NCBI GenBank assembly: GCA_965262715.1
Contig: OZ253553.1
Coordinates: forward strand, 96,001-160,000
DNA length: 64,000 nucleotides
Source of the DNA: Bdellovibrionales bacterium
Lineage (GTDB): Bacteria; Bdellovibrionota; Bdellovibrionia; Bdellovibrionales; JAUICD01
Direction: 5' to 3'
The notes beneath the pieces are model-generated. The model did not search any database and was not told where the DNA came from. It saw only the letters and a list, made by a program, of their open reading frames with translations. Position 1 is the stretch's first letter. Every line of letters starts with the position of its first letter. The translations under genes and the position numbers were made by a program. Positions 32,884-42,911 of the stretch are shown here, in pieces.

Positions 32884-32964
32884 TCTGGCAGTCAGTCAAA
32901 CAAGGCAATCTGTATCAGGCAATTGGTATCCGTTTTTTGTTTCCTTAAAAGTGAACTAGTCTCT
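32884..32964 (+). repeat. GGCA-rich repeat (family D) followed by a truncated family A end
   Basis: ggcaatctgtatcaggcaat (32904-32923) is identical to 61187-61206. tgtttccttaaaagtgaactagtctct (32938-) resembles the family A start tgtatcactaaaaatgaactggcctct. Confidence 0.7.
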
Positions 32965-33200
32965 ATTTTTATTTCTCAATAATTCTTAGAGTATTAAAGC
33001 CATTCCCTGTAAATTTTACATCTAAGATGTTTTAAGCAACCCAAGTTATTATGTAAATATTACAATATATCTAACTATTATCACTATCGATTGATAAATA
33101 ATTAAATTCAGTATATAGTTACGCCTTATATGAATCGCGGAAAAAATGCTTGTATGAAGACAACTATATCAAGTATTTTTTATATTGGATAAATAATATA

Positions 33201-34292
33201 ATGAAAAAACTTTTTTTTATAATACCTCTGCTTACAACTCCTATGGATGTTTCAGCTAGTATAGATGCTTCAACTAGCAATGTAGAAGTAGAAAGTTTAT
33301 GCGCAGAACATCTACTTTTTTCTGGAAGTTACACTCCAACATCTTCCGCTTTAGAAACAAATGCATTTTCTAGAGCCTCTCAATCAGAAATTAACAAACT
33401 TAAAAATGAATTATGTCCAGAATGTGAGACCACTGAATTTAGAGCTAAATTGTACAAATATTTATCACGTTATAGTGAATCTTTCAATAAAGATAGTAAA
33501 AGATATTATGATGATTTGAAACGTGTTTATCCTGAAATAGAAGATATGTCTGATGCCGAATCTTCTGCATTTATAGATTCAAAAATCAATGAAATTAAAA
33601 GAGTAAGAGACACTTTAATATTAAACAACGCTTTAGAGAACGCTCATTTTCTTAATGGGGAGATTGAAGGAGATCCTGTATTTTTTAGTTTTTTAAAACA
33701 CACAAGTCCTAGGTTCCAAGGCATATATAATAGTATGTCTAAAAAAGAACGCAATGCTTTAAATACTTATCTTTCCAATGAGGTAAGAAATGAAAGTGGT
33801 GATCGGTTTAATGAATATTTATTTTCTAGTGTTAACACTGTATTTAGAAGTCTTGAAACAAATCAAATACCAATACCTTATAGAAATTATATGCAAATTT
33901 TGGAATCAGCTATCACAAAGCTACCTAGATATGCAGATACAGCCATACGTCGCCTGAAGTTATCACCTCAGGAAATTGCACAATACGAGATCGGAGAGAA
34001 TATTCAACTTAGAGGTATAACATCTGCTGGACCAGAGGATGTTCAAAGCTACGTACAGAGACTTTACGGCACTTATACAAATGTAGAGCTACATATAAAA
34101 TGTAATAACAAATGTTATGATATAGGTATTCCCAACAATCCAGGTGTAGTATACCAATTACCAGAGGTTCTTTTGATTCACGGAACCACAGTGCGAGTCA
34201 CTCGTATAATAGAAGGAAATAATAGCTCGCAAACTGTTATGAGAGAAGGAATACCAATAAGACCAACTGTGATTGAATTGGAAGTGCAATAA
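33201..34292 (+). CDS. Secreted ADP-ribosyltransferase (ARTC/VIP2-like exoenzyme domain) protein
   Basis: Probable start MKKLFFIIPLL at 33201. C-terminal LESAITKLPRY..AIRR...YEIGENIQLRGITSA...HI...YDI...PEVLLIHGTTVRVTRI follows the R-S-E ART pattern. Confidence 0.7.
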   Translation: MKKLFFIIPLLTTPMDVSASIDASTSNVEVESLCAEHLLFSGSYTPTSSALETNAFSRASQSEINKLKNELCPECETTEFRAKLYKYLSRYSESFNKDSKRYYDDLKRVYPEIEDMSDAESSAFIDSKINEIKRVRDTLILNNALENAHFLNGEIEGDPVFFSFLKHTSPRFQGIYNSMSKKERNALNTYLSNEVRNESGDRFNEYLFSSVNTVFRSLETNQIPIPYRNYMQILESAITKLPRYADTAIRRLKLSPQEIAQYEIGENIQLRGITSAGPEDVQSYVQRLYGTYTNVELHIKCNNKCYDIGIPNNPGVVYQLPEVLLIHGTTVRVTRIIEGNNSSQTVMREGIPIRPTVIELEVQ

Positions 34293-34321
34293 TAACCCTG
34301 ATTTATAACTACTTAAGCCCC

Positions 34322-34434
34322 TTTCTTTTCTGGGATCTGACAAACAGGCATTCGAGGCAATTGGGCAAGCAGTATCTGGGAACTGATCCCGGGAACCGAT
34401 TCCAGATTGCCCGACTGCCAGATCCCGGAAGAAT
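34322..34434. repeat. GGCA-rich long imperfect hairpin (family D)
   Basis: ttcttttctgggatctg...cagatcccggaagaa closing stem. The reverse complement contains atctggcagtc..ggcaatctg, as at 32883 and 61179-61195. Confidence 0.65.
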
Positions 34435-34493
34435 ATACATACCAATATTTCTGCAACAAAATATCATAAATATATCTTTTTGATCCATACCCT

Positions 34494-34520
34494 TTAGTTT
34501 CAATAATAAACATCCGAATA
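34494..34520 (+). promoter_or_regulatory. Possible sigma28-like promoter
   Basis: TTAG-N15-TCCGAATA upstream of the Cys-rich lipoprotein gene. Confidence 0.3.
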
Positions 34521-34796
34521 ATTAATAAAGATATATAATAATTGGAGACTTTGTTTTGAAAACGAATCTTTTTGAGACAATTTCAAGGATAGTGAAAATA
34601 AACAATATTAGTTTTCTTATTCTTTTATTGATGTCCACTTGCCTCATCTTTTTTACAAATTGCTCTATAACTGATGAACTTATTGATTCCAAAGATATTG
34701 GAAGCAGTAGTAGCGAAACTACTCCTTATAAATATACAGAGAATCCCCCTCCTGGCCAATTTCCTGATCCAGATGATCCTGAAACTAAAGATGACA

Positions 34797-36136
34797 TTGT
34801 ATCACCAGAGGGCCTGGATATAGTCAGTTGGACGAAAACATCTGAACTCATAGATGTTCAAATCAATACTGAAAACGGACAGATTTGCATCCCGCACACT
34901 AAAGCTGGTCAATGGAGTCCTACACAAAATGTAAATGCACCAAGTGCTGAAGACCCAGTAGAAGGTAATGCATGGATTGTTGTTCGATTAGATGGCAAGA
35001 GTTATGCTGCCCCTTATGATTGGCTAAGCTCTGGAGAGCCCTGTCATATGCTAGATGTAGAAACTCTTAGTAACTTGTACGAACAACTACCACAACGCAC
35101 AGGTGTAACTGAACTAGCTAGATGGAAGCCTCTATCTGGAGATAGAATTGGCTTTCTAGTGTCAGGGCTTGCTAAAAATGGCTTAGAAAATGTCAAAGAA
35201 AGATCAAATATGTTAATTGTAACACTTCCTGATGCAAATGGAGAGATACCTACAGAAGTGGAAGAGCCTTGTTCTCAAGATCCTGAAAGTTCATTTTGTT
35301 TAGAAAACTGCCATGTTCCAAATAAAATAGAAGTTATAAGTAGTATAGCAGAAAGAAATTCCGATTCTCTAACAAAAGCTCATCAACTTTATACAGATAG
35401 ACAATCAAATGGATCTGAGTCAATAGCTAATACAGATGAACGCTGGGAATTTATGGATAGAGTTGCTCAAGTACTTCACGGTATAGATGATCGCTTTGGC
35501 TATACATGTACGAATGGAAACTGCAGTGATATCTCTACATATCAGATTGCCTACAAATGTGAAGAAGACCCTGAAGTAGAAGACCCTGAAGTAGAAGACC
35601 CTGAAGTAGAAGACCCTGAAGCAGAAGACCCTGAAGCAGAAGGTTCTGAAGCAAGTGAAAACATTGCCACTGTCAGTATTCTTACACAAGACGGTGAAAC
35701 TCAATGGCAACTTGATGTCCTTCAAGATACAACTGCAACAACTACTACAACTGTTATAGCTGCAACGACGACAACTGTTTCAACGACCACAACAACTATA
35801 ATGACCACAGCAAGCCTGGATATTCATAGCTGGGTATACCCAAGAGAAGGATCTACAGATTACTTTGATTGTTTTTTCTTTCCAGAGTCATCTTCTTGCC
35901 AACCAACAGATGATGATGGTGACGGTGATGGTGATGGTGATGATGATCAAGGGTTGCTTGATACACCATGCACTCAGGAGCAAGTGGATGATGGCTATGG
36001 TAATCACTCTGAAAAGAATGAATGTCTTCCAAGATGTTTTTCTTTCGCACGGAGTAATGCAAATGGAGTAGAGACTGGAGAAGGTGATGAGTGTGACGAT
36101 ACTTCCAATTACCATATCCTACCTATACAAAACACT
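34797..36136 (+). repeat. 1340-bp direct repeat, left flank of IS1634 element 2
   Basis: Matches 38093-39432 (offset 3296); the ORF track gives identical translations for both copies. Confidence 0.95.
35564..35653 (+). repeat. 15-bp coding tandem repeat GAAGACCCTGAAG(T/C)A x5 plus one degenerate unit (also at 38860-38949)
   Basis: Read directly; encodes EDPEV/EDPEA. Confidence 0.9.
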
Positions 36137-38092
36137 CCTGAGTTTGACACTTAATTTGAATTTTCGTGATATTTTTTTCAAGGAATGTTGTATTTATAGT
36201 CATTAGCGGTTATTGTGTTTGTATTTTGGTCAAAAAGTGTAGTGTACTTATTTATCATACACTACGCGTCATATACCTTATTTTCTTTTATTTTTTATAT
36301 TTTTCTTGTAATGTATTTTTATGTTCATAAGGTCTACAAGAAATCCGAGAGGAGACATATATTATCATCTTGTTGAGAGCTACAGATTAGGTTCTCAAGT
36401 GAAGCAAAGGATTCTAATGTCTTTAGGTAAAGCCGCGGATAAGGAAGTTAACTTGAAGAAGCTTCTAGAAGTATTATCTAAAGAGTTAGAGATAATTCCT
36501 GCTAGTAAGTTATTAAAAGAGATTGATGTTAAAGACACTTTTATATTAGGTCCCTTACTTATAATAGATGCTATTTTCAAACAATTAAATCTCTATGAAT
36601 TATTAACAGATTTAAAACAAAAGCACCCTAAAGTACAATTTGATTTTGTTAAGATTATTTTTACATTGGTTATAAGCCGTTTTGTAGAGCCATGTTCTAA
36701 GCTTAAAGTATTTTCACACTGGCAGAAGTTATTTTACCCTGATTTTTTAGAAGAGGAGCTTCATCTTCAAGACATTTATCGTTCTTTAGATATTCTAAGT
36801 AAGCATAAGGAAGATATAGAGAAGACTCTTTATACACAAGGTAAGTCTCAGTTAAGTTTTTTCAATGAGTGTGATGTTATTTTGTATGATTTAACGACAT
36901 TGAGATTTGAGAGTACCCGAGAGGATTTAGATAATCTTCGAAGATTTGGTTATAGCAAAGAGAAGAGGAGTGATTGTACCCAGGTGGTATTTGGACTTTT
37001 AGTAGATAGAGAAGGTATGCCCTTAGGCTTTGATGTTTATCCTGGAAATACCTTTGAAGGTAAAACCATACCTTCAGTTATGGAGAAACTAAAAAAGAAG
37101 TTTAAGATCAGAAGATTTATATTAGTAGGAGATAGAGGTTTATTTTCTAATGAGAATTTACAATCTGTAAAAGCAAAGGGAGATGAATTTATAGTAGGAT
37201 TAAAGCTAGGTTTATTAAAGGATCGTCATTCAGAGATATACAATTTAAAGAATTTTAAATTTATAAATGAAGATTTAGCTATATACGAGACGAGTTATAA
37301 TGATAATCGTTGTATAATTACCTGGTCAAGAAAGAGAGCAGAACGAGATAAGAAAGTAAGAGAAGATATTCTATCTAAGTTAGAAGATAAGCTTTCAAAA
37401 TCGTCATCAAGCACAAAGGATTTTGTATCTAATAGCAATTATAAGAAGTATATTATTCATCCTAAGAGTAAAGGCAAGCCTACTTTAAATAAGTCAGCCA
37501 TAGAACAATCAGAGAGGACAGATGGTTTTTTTGGAATCATTACAAATACAGATAGTTTAAGTTCTGAAGAGATTATAACGAACTATAAGCAATTATGGAA
37601 GGTAGAGAATTCATTTAGAGAATTGAAAGGTACATTAAAGACACGTCCTATGTTCCACTGGACAGATAAGAGGATCTTAGGACATTTAGTTGTGTGTTTT
37701 TTATCTTACTTATGTGAGGCTTATTTTTCAAAGAAGTTACATCAGAGAAACATCACATTAAAAGATAAAGCAATTACAGACAAGAGAATAAAGTCAAGGC
37801 CATTGAGTGTGGCAGAAGCTATGTCAAAGCTGAAAGAAGTACGAGCTATACCTGTGAGGGTAAAGGATAAGACACTTTGGATCAGAACAGATATTAACGG
37901 TAACAATGCTGATGTATTTAAAGCTATAGGAGCAAAGATCCCATCAAAACAACTTAAAGTAGAATCTACTTAGACCTACAAACAATCTCTTAAATCTCTA
38001 CCACAAAATCAAAATGTAGTGGTACAAAATCACACATCCACTGTAACTAACTAAAATAACTTAACTTTATTTTCGCAACTGTCAAACTCAGG
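36137..38092 (+). mobile_element. IS1634 family insertion sequence (1956 bp)
   Basis: Terminal IR CCTGAGTTTGACA / TGTCAAACTCAGG; 550-aa DDE transposase; 1340-bp flanking duplication. Confidence 0.95.
36321..37973 (+). CDS. IS1634 family DDE transposase
   Basis: LYDLTTLRFE, FGYSKEKRSD, VGDRGL, LWKVENSFRELKGTLKTRPMFHW. Confidence 0.95.
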   Translation: MFIRSTRNPRGDIYYHLVESYRLGSQVKQRILMSLGKAADKEVNLKKLLEVLSKELEIIPASKLLKEIDVKDTFILGPLLIIDAIFKQLNLYELLTDLKQKHPKVQFDFVKIIFTLVISRFVEPCSKLKVFSHWQKLFYPDFLEEELHLQDIYRSLDILSKHKEDIEKTLYTQGKSQLSFFNECDVILYDLTTLRFESTREDLDNLRRFGYSKEKRSDCTQVVFGLLVDREGMPLGFDVYPGNTFEGKTIPSVMEKLKKKFKIRRFILVGDRGLFSNENLQSVKAKGDEFIVGLKLGLLKDRHSEIYNLKNFKFINEDLAIYETSYNDNRCIITWSRKRAERDKKVREDILSKLEDKLSKSSSSTKDFVSNSNYKKYIIHPKSKGKPTLNKSAIEQSERTDGFFGIITNTDSLSSEEIITNYKQLWKVENSFRELKGTLKTRPMFHWTDKRILGHLVVCFLSYLCEAYFSKKLHQRNITLKDKAITDKRIKSRPLSVAEAMSKLKEVRAIPVRVKDKTLWIRTDINGNNADVFKAIGAKIPSKQLKVEST

Positions 38093-39432
38093 TTGTATCA
38101 CCAGAGGGCCTGGATATAGTCAGTTGGACGAAAACATCTGAACTCATAGATGTTCAAATCAATACTGAAAACGGACAGATTTGCATCCCGCACACTAAAG
38201 CTGGTCAATGGAGTCCTACACAAAATGTAAATGCACCAAGTGCTGAAGACCCAGTAGAAGGTAATGCATGGATTGTTGTTCGATTAGATGGCAAGAGTTA
38301 TGCTGCCCCTTATGATTGGCTAAGCTCTGGAGAGCCCTGTCATATGCTAGATGTAGAAACTCTTAGTAACTTGTACGAACAACTACCACAACGCACAGGT
38401 GTAACTGAACTAGCTAGATGGAAGCCTCTATCTGGAGATAGAATTGGCTTTCTAGTGTCAGGGCTTGCTAAAAATGGCTTAGAAAATGTCAAAGAAAGAT
38501 CAAATATGTTAATTGTAACACTTCCTGATGCAAATGGAGAGATACCTACAGAAGTGGAAGAGCCTTGTTCTCAAGATCCTGAAAGTTCATTTTGTTTAGA
38601 AAACTGCCATGTTCCAAATAAAATAGAAGTTATAAGTAGTATAGCAGAAAGAAATTCCGATTCTCTAACAAAAGCTCATCAACTTTATACAGATAGACAA
38701 TCAAATGGATCTGAGTCAATAGCTAATACAGATGAACGCTGGGAATTTATGGATAGAGTTGCTCAAGTACTTCACGGTATAGATGATCGCTTTGGCTATA
38801 CATGTACGAATGGAAACTGCAGTGATATCTCTACATATCAGATTGCCTACAAATGTGAAGAAGACCCTGAAGTAGAAGACCCTGAAGTAGAAGACCCTGA
38901 AGTAGAAGACCCTGAAGCAGAAGACCCTGAAGCAGAAGGTTCTGAAGCAAGTGAAAACATTGCCACTGTCAGTATTCTTACACAAGACGGTGAAACTCAA
39001 TGGCAACTTGATGTCCTTCAAGATACAACTGCAACAACTACTACAACTGTTATAGCTGCAACGACGACAACTGTTTCAACGACCACAACAACTATAATGA
39101 CCACAGCAAGCCTGGATATTCATAGCTGGGTATACCCAAGAGAAGGATCTACAGATTACTTTGATTGTTTTTTCTTTCCAGAGTCATCTTCTTGCCAACC
39201 AACAGATGATGATGGTGACGGTGATGGTGATGGTGATGATGATCAAGGGTTGCTTGATACACCATGCACTCAGGAGCAAGTGGATGATGGCTATGGTAAT
39301 CACTCTGAAAAGAATGAATGTCTTCCAAGATGTTTTTCTTTCGCACGGAGTAATGCAAATGGAGTAGAGACTGGAGAAGGTGATGAGTGTGACGATACTT
39401 CCAATTACCATATCCTACCTATACAAAACACT
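38093..39432 (+). repeat. 1340-bp direct repeat, right flank of IS1634 element 2
   Basis: Matches 34797-36136. Confidence 0.95.
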
Positions 39433-40217
39433 TTTGAGGATAAATGTTGTAGGAGATATTCTAAAACCTCTTGTCCTCCTGGTCACAAGATACGTAATGG
39501 TATTTGTTACCCAACATGTCAGAAAGCAGCAGAACTAGCAGGACACACAATTAGAGCAACTGGCTTTACAGGCAACTACGTGCTTCATCAAAAACAAACT
39601 TTTGCCTTTGATTCAAACTGCAGAGCACTAGATGAATATGGCCCTAATGGGTATAATGACTGGCAGGATTTTAGTTTTTACGATCCTTATACATTTAAAA
39701 CTCGGCGAAATGATAGAAATACTATTTATAAGATAGTAGCAGATCCCAATGATGATTATCTCTGCTGTATAAGAGATATACCCAACATCACAAAAACTCC
39801 TACTTATAGACCAGATGGTTGGACTCAAGAAGAACGTGATCGTTTCCCTGCTACCACAACAACAACAACTTCTGGATCTAACAGTGATGAATGTCAAAAT
39901 AATAATGATTGTGCATCTGGTTATGAATGTAATGCAGGTGAATGCACATTCAGAGAAATAGGCCGGTAATGTAATTTTTACAAAATAGTGTATATTTTAC
40001 ATAATAAACTCTACATTTATTTACTTAGATCTTTTAAATTATTTTTTCTAGATATAAAATATCTTTACTTGTAAACCCAAAAACCTTCGGCAATTTGTCT
40101 TTAATCCAAATAAATTCAATACCTTATAATATTTAGTAAAATCATATCATACTTTAAAATCTCTATTTATATTCTTGTTAATATGAAATTTAAGATTTAA
40201 GTAACATGGTTTTAAGC

Positions 40218-40235
40218 TTGGTCTAAACCTTGCAT
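40218..40235 (+). promoter_or_regulatory. Putative sigma54 -24/-12 promoter
   Basis: TTGG-tctaaacctt-GCA, with GG-N10-GC spacing, 30 bp upstream of the Sel1 gene. Confidence 0.45.
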
Positions 40236-40263
40236 AGTAAATTTTTAGCAAGGAGTTTATTTA

Positions 40264-41125
40264 ATGAAGCGTATTATTTCTAACTTAAGTAAAAACTTAG
40301 GTAGTATAAGTTATTTACTTTTGATGACATTCATATCACTTTGCCTATTAAGATGTAGTCATCTTGAAACTTCTGATGAAGATGACATAAGAGGATATAG
40401 CAACCTTGGAGCTCTTGAAGCAAAACAAGGAAATATAAGTAAGGCTAGAGAGCTTTACAAAAAAGCTTGTGATGGAAATAAAGTGTTAGGATGTACTAAC
40501 CTTGGAGCTCTTGAAGCAAAACAAGGAAATATAAGGAAAGCTAGAAAGCCTCTTAAAAAAGCCTGTGATGAAAATGACATGCTAGGGTGTATCATCCTTG
40601 GAACTCTTGAAGAAGAGCAAGGAAATATAAGGAAAGCTAGAAAGCCTCTTAAAAAAGCCTGTGATGGAAATGACATGCTAGGGTGTATCAGCCTTGGATT
40701 TTTTGAAGAAAAACAAGGAAATATAAGCAAAGCCAGAGAGCTTTATAAAAAGGCATGTGATGGAAATGACATGCTTGGATGTACTAACCTCGGATATCTT
40801 GAAAGAAAACAAGGAAATATAAGCAGAGCTAGAGAGCTTTATAAGAAAGCTTGTGATGGAAATGAAATGTTAGGATGTACTAACCTTGGAGCTCTTGAAG
40901 CAAAACAAGGAAATATAAGCAAAACTAGAGAGCTTTATAAGAAAGCTTGTGATGGAAATCACATGAAAGGATGTACTAACTACTAACCTCGGATATCTTG
41001 AAGAAAAACAAGGAAACATAAGTAAGGCTAGAAAGCTTCTTAAAAAAGCTTGTGATGGAAATGAAATGTTAGGATGTACCAACCTTGGAGTTCTTGAAGT
41101 AAAGAAAAAAAATAAAACCAAATGA
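40264..41125 (+). pseudogene. Sel1-like/Hcp-type Cys-rich repeat lipoprotein (32-aa repeats), frameshifted by a 7-bp duplication
   Basis: 96-bp tandem repeats (NLGxLExKQGNISKARELYKKACDGNxMLGC). TACTAAC is duplicated at 40974-40987; removing it extends the ORF to TGA at 41123-41125. Confidence 0.85.
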
Positions 41126-41177
41126 TATATTTTATAGGTAACAAATTGAGGCATTCTCAATATAAGAATCTTTAGTT

Positions 41178-41795
41178 ATGAAATTCAATCCTCAGATATT
41201 TATTTTAATTTTTGCAGCTTGGCTGCTTTCCTTAACGAGCATCAGTTGTACACATTCTCTTCTTGAACAGGCTTTTGTTGTCAATGAATCTGTGTTGAAA
41301 AAAAGAGTCTTACAAACTCAAAGATTTGAGAATATAAATGAAAAACAGTTACTGTCAGCTATTATTGGACTTATGCAAGATTTGAACTTTAGACTCGACG
41401 AAGGAGATAAAGATTTAGGAGTATTTACAGGTTCTAAAAGGCGGTCTTTTATAAGGAATCTCCCTGTAACACGTATGGTACAGAGGTATGAAACACGCAC
41501 CCAAGTGATTAATGGCAAGATTGTTAGTAGGCCTGCTCTTGTAAATGTTCCTGTAACTGTTTTTGAACCATTTGTTTTTATTGAAGAAACTCGTATAGCT
41601 ATAGTCATTTATCCTGTATCTCAAAGAAAAGATCGAGTAAAAGGAAACTTTTTAGTAAGAGCAAATCTTCAAAAAATGACTTGGAATGAGTCAACAGGAG
41701 GAATCACTCAAGCAGGACCTTTTGGTGACTCTGCCTTCTATGAGAGTTTTTTCTCTATCCTTTCAAAATCAATATTTCTAGAAACCAACTTATAA
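41178..41795 (+). CDS. Hypothetical lipoprotein
   Basis: Lipobox-like SISC; LQTQRFE...MQDLNF...FYESFFSILSKSIFLE. Confidence 0.75.
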   Translation: MKFNPQIFILIFAAWLLSLTSISCTHSLLEQAFVVNESVLKKRVLQTQRFENINEKQLLSAIIGLMQDLNFRLDEGDKDLGVFTGSKRRSFIRNLPVTRMVQRYETRTQVINGKIVSRPALVNVPVTVFEPFVFIEETRIAIVIYPVSQRKDRVKGNFLVRANLQKMTWNESTGGITQAGPFGDSAFYESFFSILSKSIFLETNL

Positions 41796-41924
41796 AATTC
41801 TATCATTGTAGAACTAGCAAAAATAATTCTAAGATAATATAGTGGTATGCGCGGTTTGCTTTTAATATTAGATAAATGTATAAAGAATCCATAAACCTAT
41901 GATTATATCAAAAACTTTGTAGAT

Positions 41925-42830
41925 ATGAAAATATTCGTGATTTTTTTATTTATGGTTACAAGTATGATCTTAGAGGCAAATGAAGATATGCCTCTTAAAG
42001 ACTCTTTAACTTTATATGATACTTTTCAACACAATCGTATGATAAAAGATATAGAAAAGAGACAAGAAGAAATAAAGCAAGATTCAAAAAACCAACCACA
42101 TTCATCTTATATTCAAGAGTCTGAACACAAATTATTAGAAGGCTTTTTAGCAAAATACCCTGAAAATCTTTTTCTTCACTATAACTTTGGCATTTTTTGG
42201 ATATTTCAAGATATACAAAAAACTGTGACACAATTTTTATTTATACTGAAAAATAAAAAGACTGATGAATTAAGATTTAAGGCAGCCTTTAACTTAGGAA
42301 CTCTTTATGGTTATGATAAAAGATTAAATACTGAGGATGGTCATCATATAGATGAAGCCTTAAAGTATTATCAAACAGCTTTAGATATCAAACCAGACTC
42401 TTTAGAGACAAAGCAAAATATTGAAATGCTGTTTTTAACAAAACAAGCTAATAAGTCACAACAAGGTAAATCAGACCCAAAGCAACAAAGACAAGAAGGT
42501 CAAAACTCAGATCAAACAAAACAACAAGATGAAGATGAGCAAAAGTCTTCTAAAGATCAAGATGAGTCCATTGATGATCAGAATGCAGCTTATAAAGAGA
42601 GTAGAAAAAATCAAGGTGAACAAAAGTTTCAAGGCAAAGATTTAACAGAAAGAGATATACAAGATATCTTAGGAGAATTAAAACAACAAGAACAACAAAT
42701 CTTGGAAAAGCTAATCCAGGAAGAAGCCAAAAAACAAAATGCTAAAAATCAAGGAAAAACTCAATGGATGTTAGATGGCATTTTAAAAAATGAGACAACA
42801 AAAGATCAAGGATTAGACAAAGATTGGTAG
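41925..42830 (+). CDS. BatC-like TPR protein with a Gln/Asp/Lys-rich tail
   Basis: HYNFG, AAFNLG, ALKYYQTALDIKPD..TKQNIEML; Q-rich linker; ends KDW as BatC-like proteins typically do. Confidence 0.75.
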   Translation: MKIFVIFLFMVTSMILEANEDMPLKDSLTLYDTFQHNRMIKDIEKRQEEIKQDSKNQPHSSYIQESEHKLLEGFLAKYPENLFLHYNFGIFWIFQDIQKTVTQFLFILKNKKTDELRFKAAFNLGTLYGYDKRLNTEDGHHIDEALKYYQTALDIKPDSLETKQNIEMLFLTKQANKSQQGKSDPKQQRQEGQNSDQTKQQDEDEQKSSKDQDESIDDQNAAYKESRKNQGEQKFQGKDLTERDIQDILGELKQQEQQILEKLIQEEAKKQNAKNQGKTQWMLDGILKNETTKDQGLDKDW

Positions 42831-42911
42831 TATCTAGTAACAAAGCCATTTAGGTTTATGACTTTTTTTTCCTTGCATTAATAGGTCTATAAGTAGTAGG
42901 ATGCTTATAGT

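Larger units (their letters stand above)
34556..39969 (+). pseudogene. Large Cys-rich acidic surface lipoprotein interrupted by IS1634 element 2 (fragments 34556-36154 and 38344-39969)
   Basis: FTNC lipobox; EDPEV/A repeats, Thr tract, DG repeats, C-terminal CxxxxDCxxGYxCxxGxC. Joining 34556-36136 to 39433-39969 restores one 705-aa frame. Confidence 0.85.

Noticed and set aside
35853..36115. Poly-His and ITIT ORFs on alternative frames (also 39149-39411) and FRVFY repeat ORFs
   Set aside because: Shadow translations of the GATGGT and 15-bp coding repeats of the real plus-strand gene.
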